DNA of 64,000 nucleotides from an uncultured delta proteobacterium. GTDB taxonomy: Bacteria; Desulfobacterota; Binatia; UBA9968. Within the stretch, counting starts at the first letter, position 1, and every line of letters starts with the position of its first letter. Both the position numbers and the translations under genes were made by a program. Positions 62,061-64,000 of the stretch are shown piece by piece. Below the pieces are notes generated by a model. That model saw nothing but the letters and a program-made list of their open reading frames with translations, did not search any database and was not told the DNA's origin. The DNA lies in the NCBI GenBank assembly GCA_963804165.1, contig CAWDPO010000035.1:160001-224000 (forward strand), written 5' to 3'.

Positions 62061-63615
62061 GGGTCCGGCGCCGATTCCGGGAGCGCCGGTAGGGGTTTGC
62101 TTCTTCTCACGCAGGATCTGGCGAATGGAGTAAAAAATCGCTCCGATGATGAAAACGGCAATGATAAGGACTCCCGGGTGCAGGAGCCAGTCGAATCCAT
62201 ATGCCCTGGTGGAGATCCAGAAGTTTCTTTCCGTGATGGTTCCCAATACCAGGCCTACGAGCAAAGGCGGCCGCTGCCAATCGAACTGGACCATGAGCCA
62301 ACCGAGCGCGCCGAAAATCAGCACCATGATCATGTCGCCGAAGCTATTTTTGACGGTGAATCCGCCGAGGTAAATGAGCAGGAGAAGGAAGGGAATGAGT
62401 AGCGATCCTCTTATGTTGGTGATCTTTGCCAATTGTTTGAGAAAAAGAAAACAAACAGCAACCGTGATGATGTTGGAGACGATAATAATCCAGACGAAGG
62501 AAAAGGTGAGCGTGAGATGTTTCGCCGGATTCAGCATGTCTGGGCCCGGCACGATCCCCTGGATGAGGAAGGCGCCAAACAAAATCGCGGTCGAGACACT
62601 GCTCGGAATGCCAAAGGCTACGGTGGTGATCAGATCGCCGCCACGGGTGGAGTTATTGGCGGCTCCGGGGCCGAGCACTCCTTCGACCGCGCCTTTGCCA
62701 AAGCGCTCCTTGTCAGGTGAACTCTGAACTGCGTAAGCGTATGCTACCCACTGCGCCGTGCCCCCGCCAACACCTGGAAGTATGCCTACGTACGCGCCGA
62801 GCGCGCTGCACTTGAGAACCAGCCACCAGTGGCGGAAGGTATCTTTCACGCCCTCCATGACACCGCCGAGCTTTCCAACTTGCTCCCGGGCAATGCTCGT
62901 TCCCTTGATGGCCAAGTCGATAATCTCCGGGATGGCAAACAGTCCTATGGTCACGGCAACGAGAGCGATGCCGTCCCACAAAAAGATCGACGGCCCTAGT
63001 CCCAGGATCCCCTCAAAAGTGAAGCGCGGGACGCCCCGTATAGGGTCCAGAGCCGATGGTAGAAATCATTAGCCCGAGGCCCCCGGCCATGAGACCCTTG
63101 ACGATGTTCCCCCCGCTCAGTGATCCAACAAAGGTGATAGCCAGAACGGCGAGCATGAAGAATTCCGGAGAACCGATGGAGAGGACCAGCGGGGCGGCAA
63201 TAGGGATCGCCAACGCCAAGACCAAGGCGCCGAAAATGGCGCCGACCAAGGAACTCATCAAGGCTGCGCCCAGGGCTCGCCCGGCTTCTCCCTTCTTGGC
63301 CATTGGGTGACCATCGACAATGGTGGAAGCTGTGGTGCCTTCACCTGGGACGCCGAAAAGGATCGAGGTAATATCTCCGGTCGTAGCGGTTACCGCGTTT
63401 GCCCCCAAGAGAAAGGCGAAGGCCGATGTGGGATCCATTTTGTAGATGAATGGGAGCATGAGAGCCAAGGTTGCGGCGCCTCCCAAGCCGGGCAGAATGC
63501 CGACCCAGAAACCGATAAAGATTCCCACCAGCATGAATAAAAACGCCTGCTGGCCTTGGTTGGTAAAAGGCAAGATGTTGATCAGGGCATTATAAAACGC
63601 GTCGATGTATTCCAT
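62058..63615 (-). CDS. tctA: Tripartite tricarboxylate transporter large permease TctA, frameshift near 63050
   Basis: GILPGLG, ILFGVPG, DGHPMAKKGEAGRAL, GLFAIPE, GPGAANNS and GIVPGP motifs. Confidence 0.9.
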
Positions 63616-63629
63616 ATAACTTCGCTGAG

Positions 63630-64000
63630 CTACTTTTTCGGCTTGGTGATTAGGAAGTCGAGAAGTTCTTTGGCCCTGGGAGTGACCGCCAGGACTTTGT
63701 CCACGTATTTGTCGACTTCTTCCCCTGAGACGTAGGTTATTTCCAACTTGGATTTTTTCGCTTCAGCGATAAACTCGGGGTCCTTCATGGTGTCGGCGAA
63801 GCCTTTGCGCAGAAGTTGGAGCCGCTCCTTCGGCGTGCCTGGTGGAACCATAAAGGGACGCTGAAACTCGAAAGTCCCGACCCAAGTGTTATAAGCGGAA
63901 AGGTTATCCTCGCCCTTGATGATTTCCGGAATGAGCGGAAGGTCTTTTACTTCAGGGTCCGGACTCCCGGCGATGGATCAAAAACGGGATCAGCTTGTCA
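63630..64000 (-). CDS. TTT substrate-binding protein, 3' part (runs off the window)
   Basis: PPGTPKERLQLLRKGFADTMKDPEF C-terminal motif. Confidence 0.8.

Noticed and set aside
61546-63615. TctA-TctB fusion or programmed frameshifting
   Set aside because: tctA has a plausible stop at 62058, and the region is rich in apparent indel errors without consistent slippery sites; it cannot be supported without reads.

Overview
GC-rich bacterial chromosomal window. Gene content (a very large set of Bug/TctC-type solute-binding proteins, AddAB, an aminotransferase-serA-purA operon) suggests a deltaproteobacterium-like organism, possibly Binatia; this is inference only. Layout: (i) 0-12.5 kb catabolic and signalling genes: Rieske oxygenase, cupin, VOC, CoxM/CoxS-like subunits without a large subunit, a histidine-kinase-like protein lacking its phospho-His behind a sigma54-like promoter, an amidohydrolase, and a bicupin + EutA-like pair. 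(ii) 13.5-43.5 kb mostly housekeeping: exonuclease-addA-addB, ggt, yqjDEK-like genes, purA-serA-aminotransferase under a ZMP/ZTP riboswitch, radC, rlmI, moaC, trxB. (iii) 43.5-47.7 kb AT-richer island with three degenerate attC-like sites flanking a PD-(D/E)XK nuclease-like gene and an HhH-GPD glycosylase-like gene, a transposase remnant and an AIPR gene; a candidate integrase-less cassette array and defence locus. (iv) 49.5-64 kb array of about ten tripartite tricarboxylate transporter (TTT) binding-protein paralogues with one TctA/TctB permease. Many genes carry single-base frameshifts, most likely read-consensus errors. Intergenic spacers carry two repeat classes: periodic GTTCAA arrays and heptamer-tandem hairpins. 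No rRNA, tRNA or CRISPR array was recognised.
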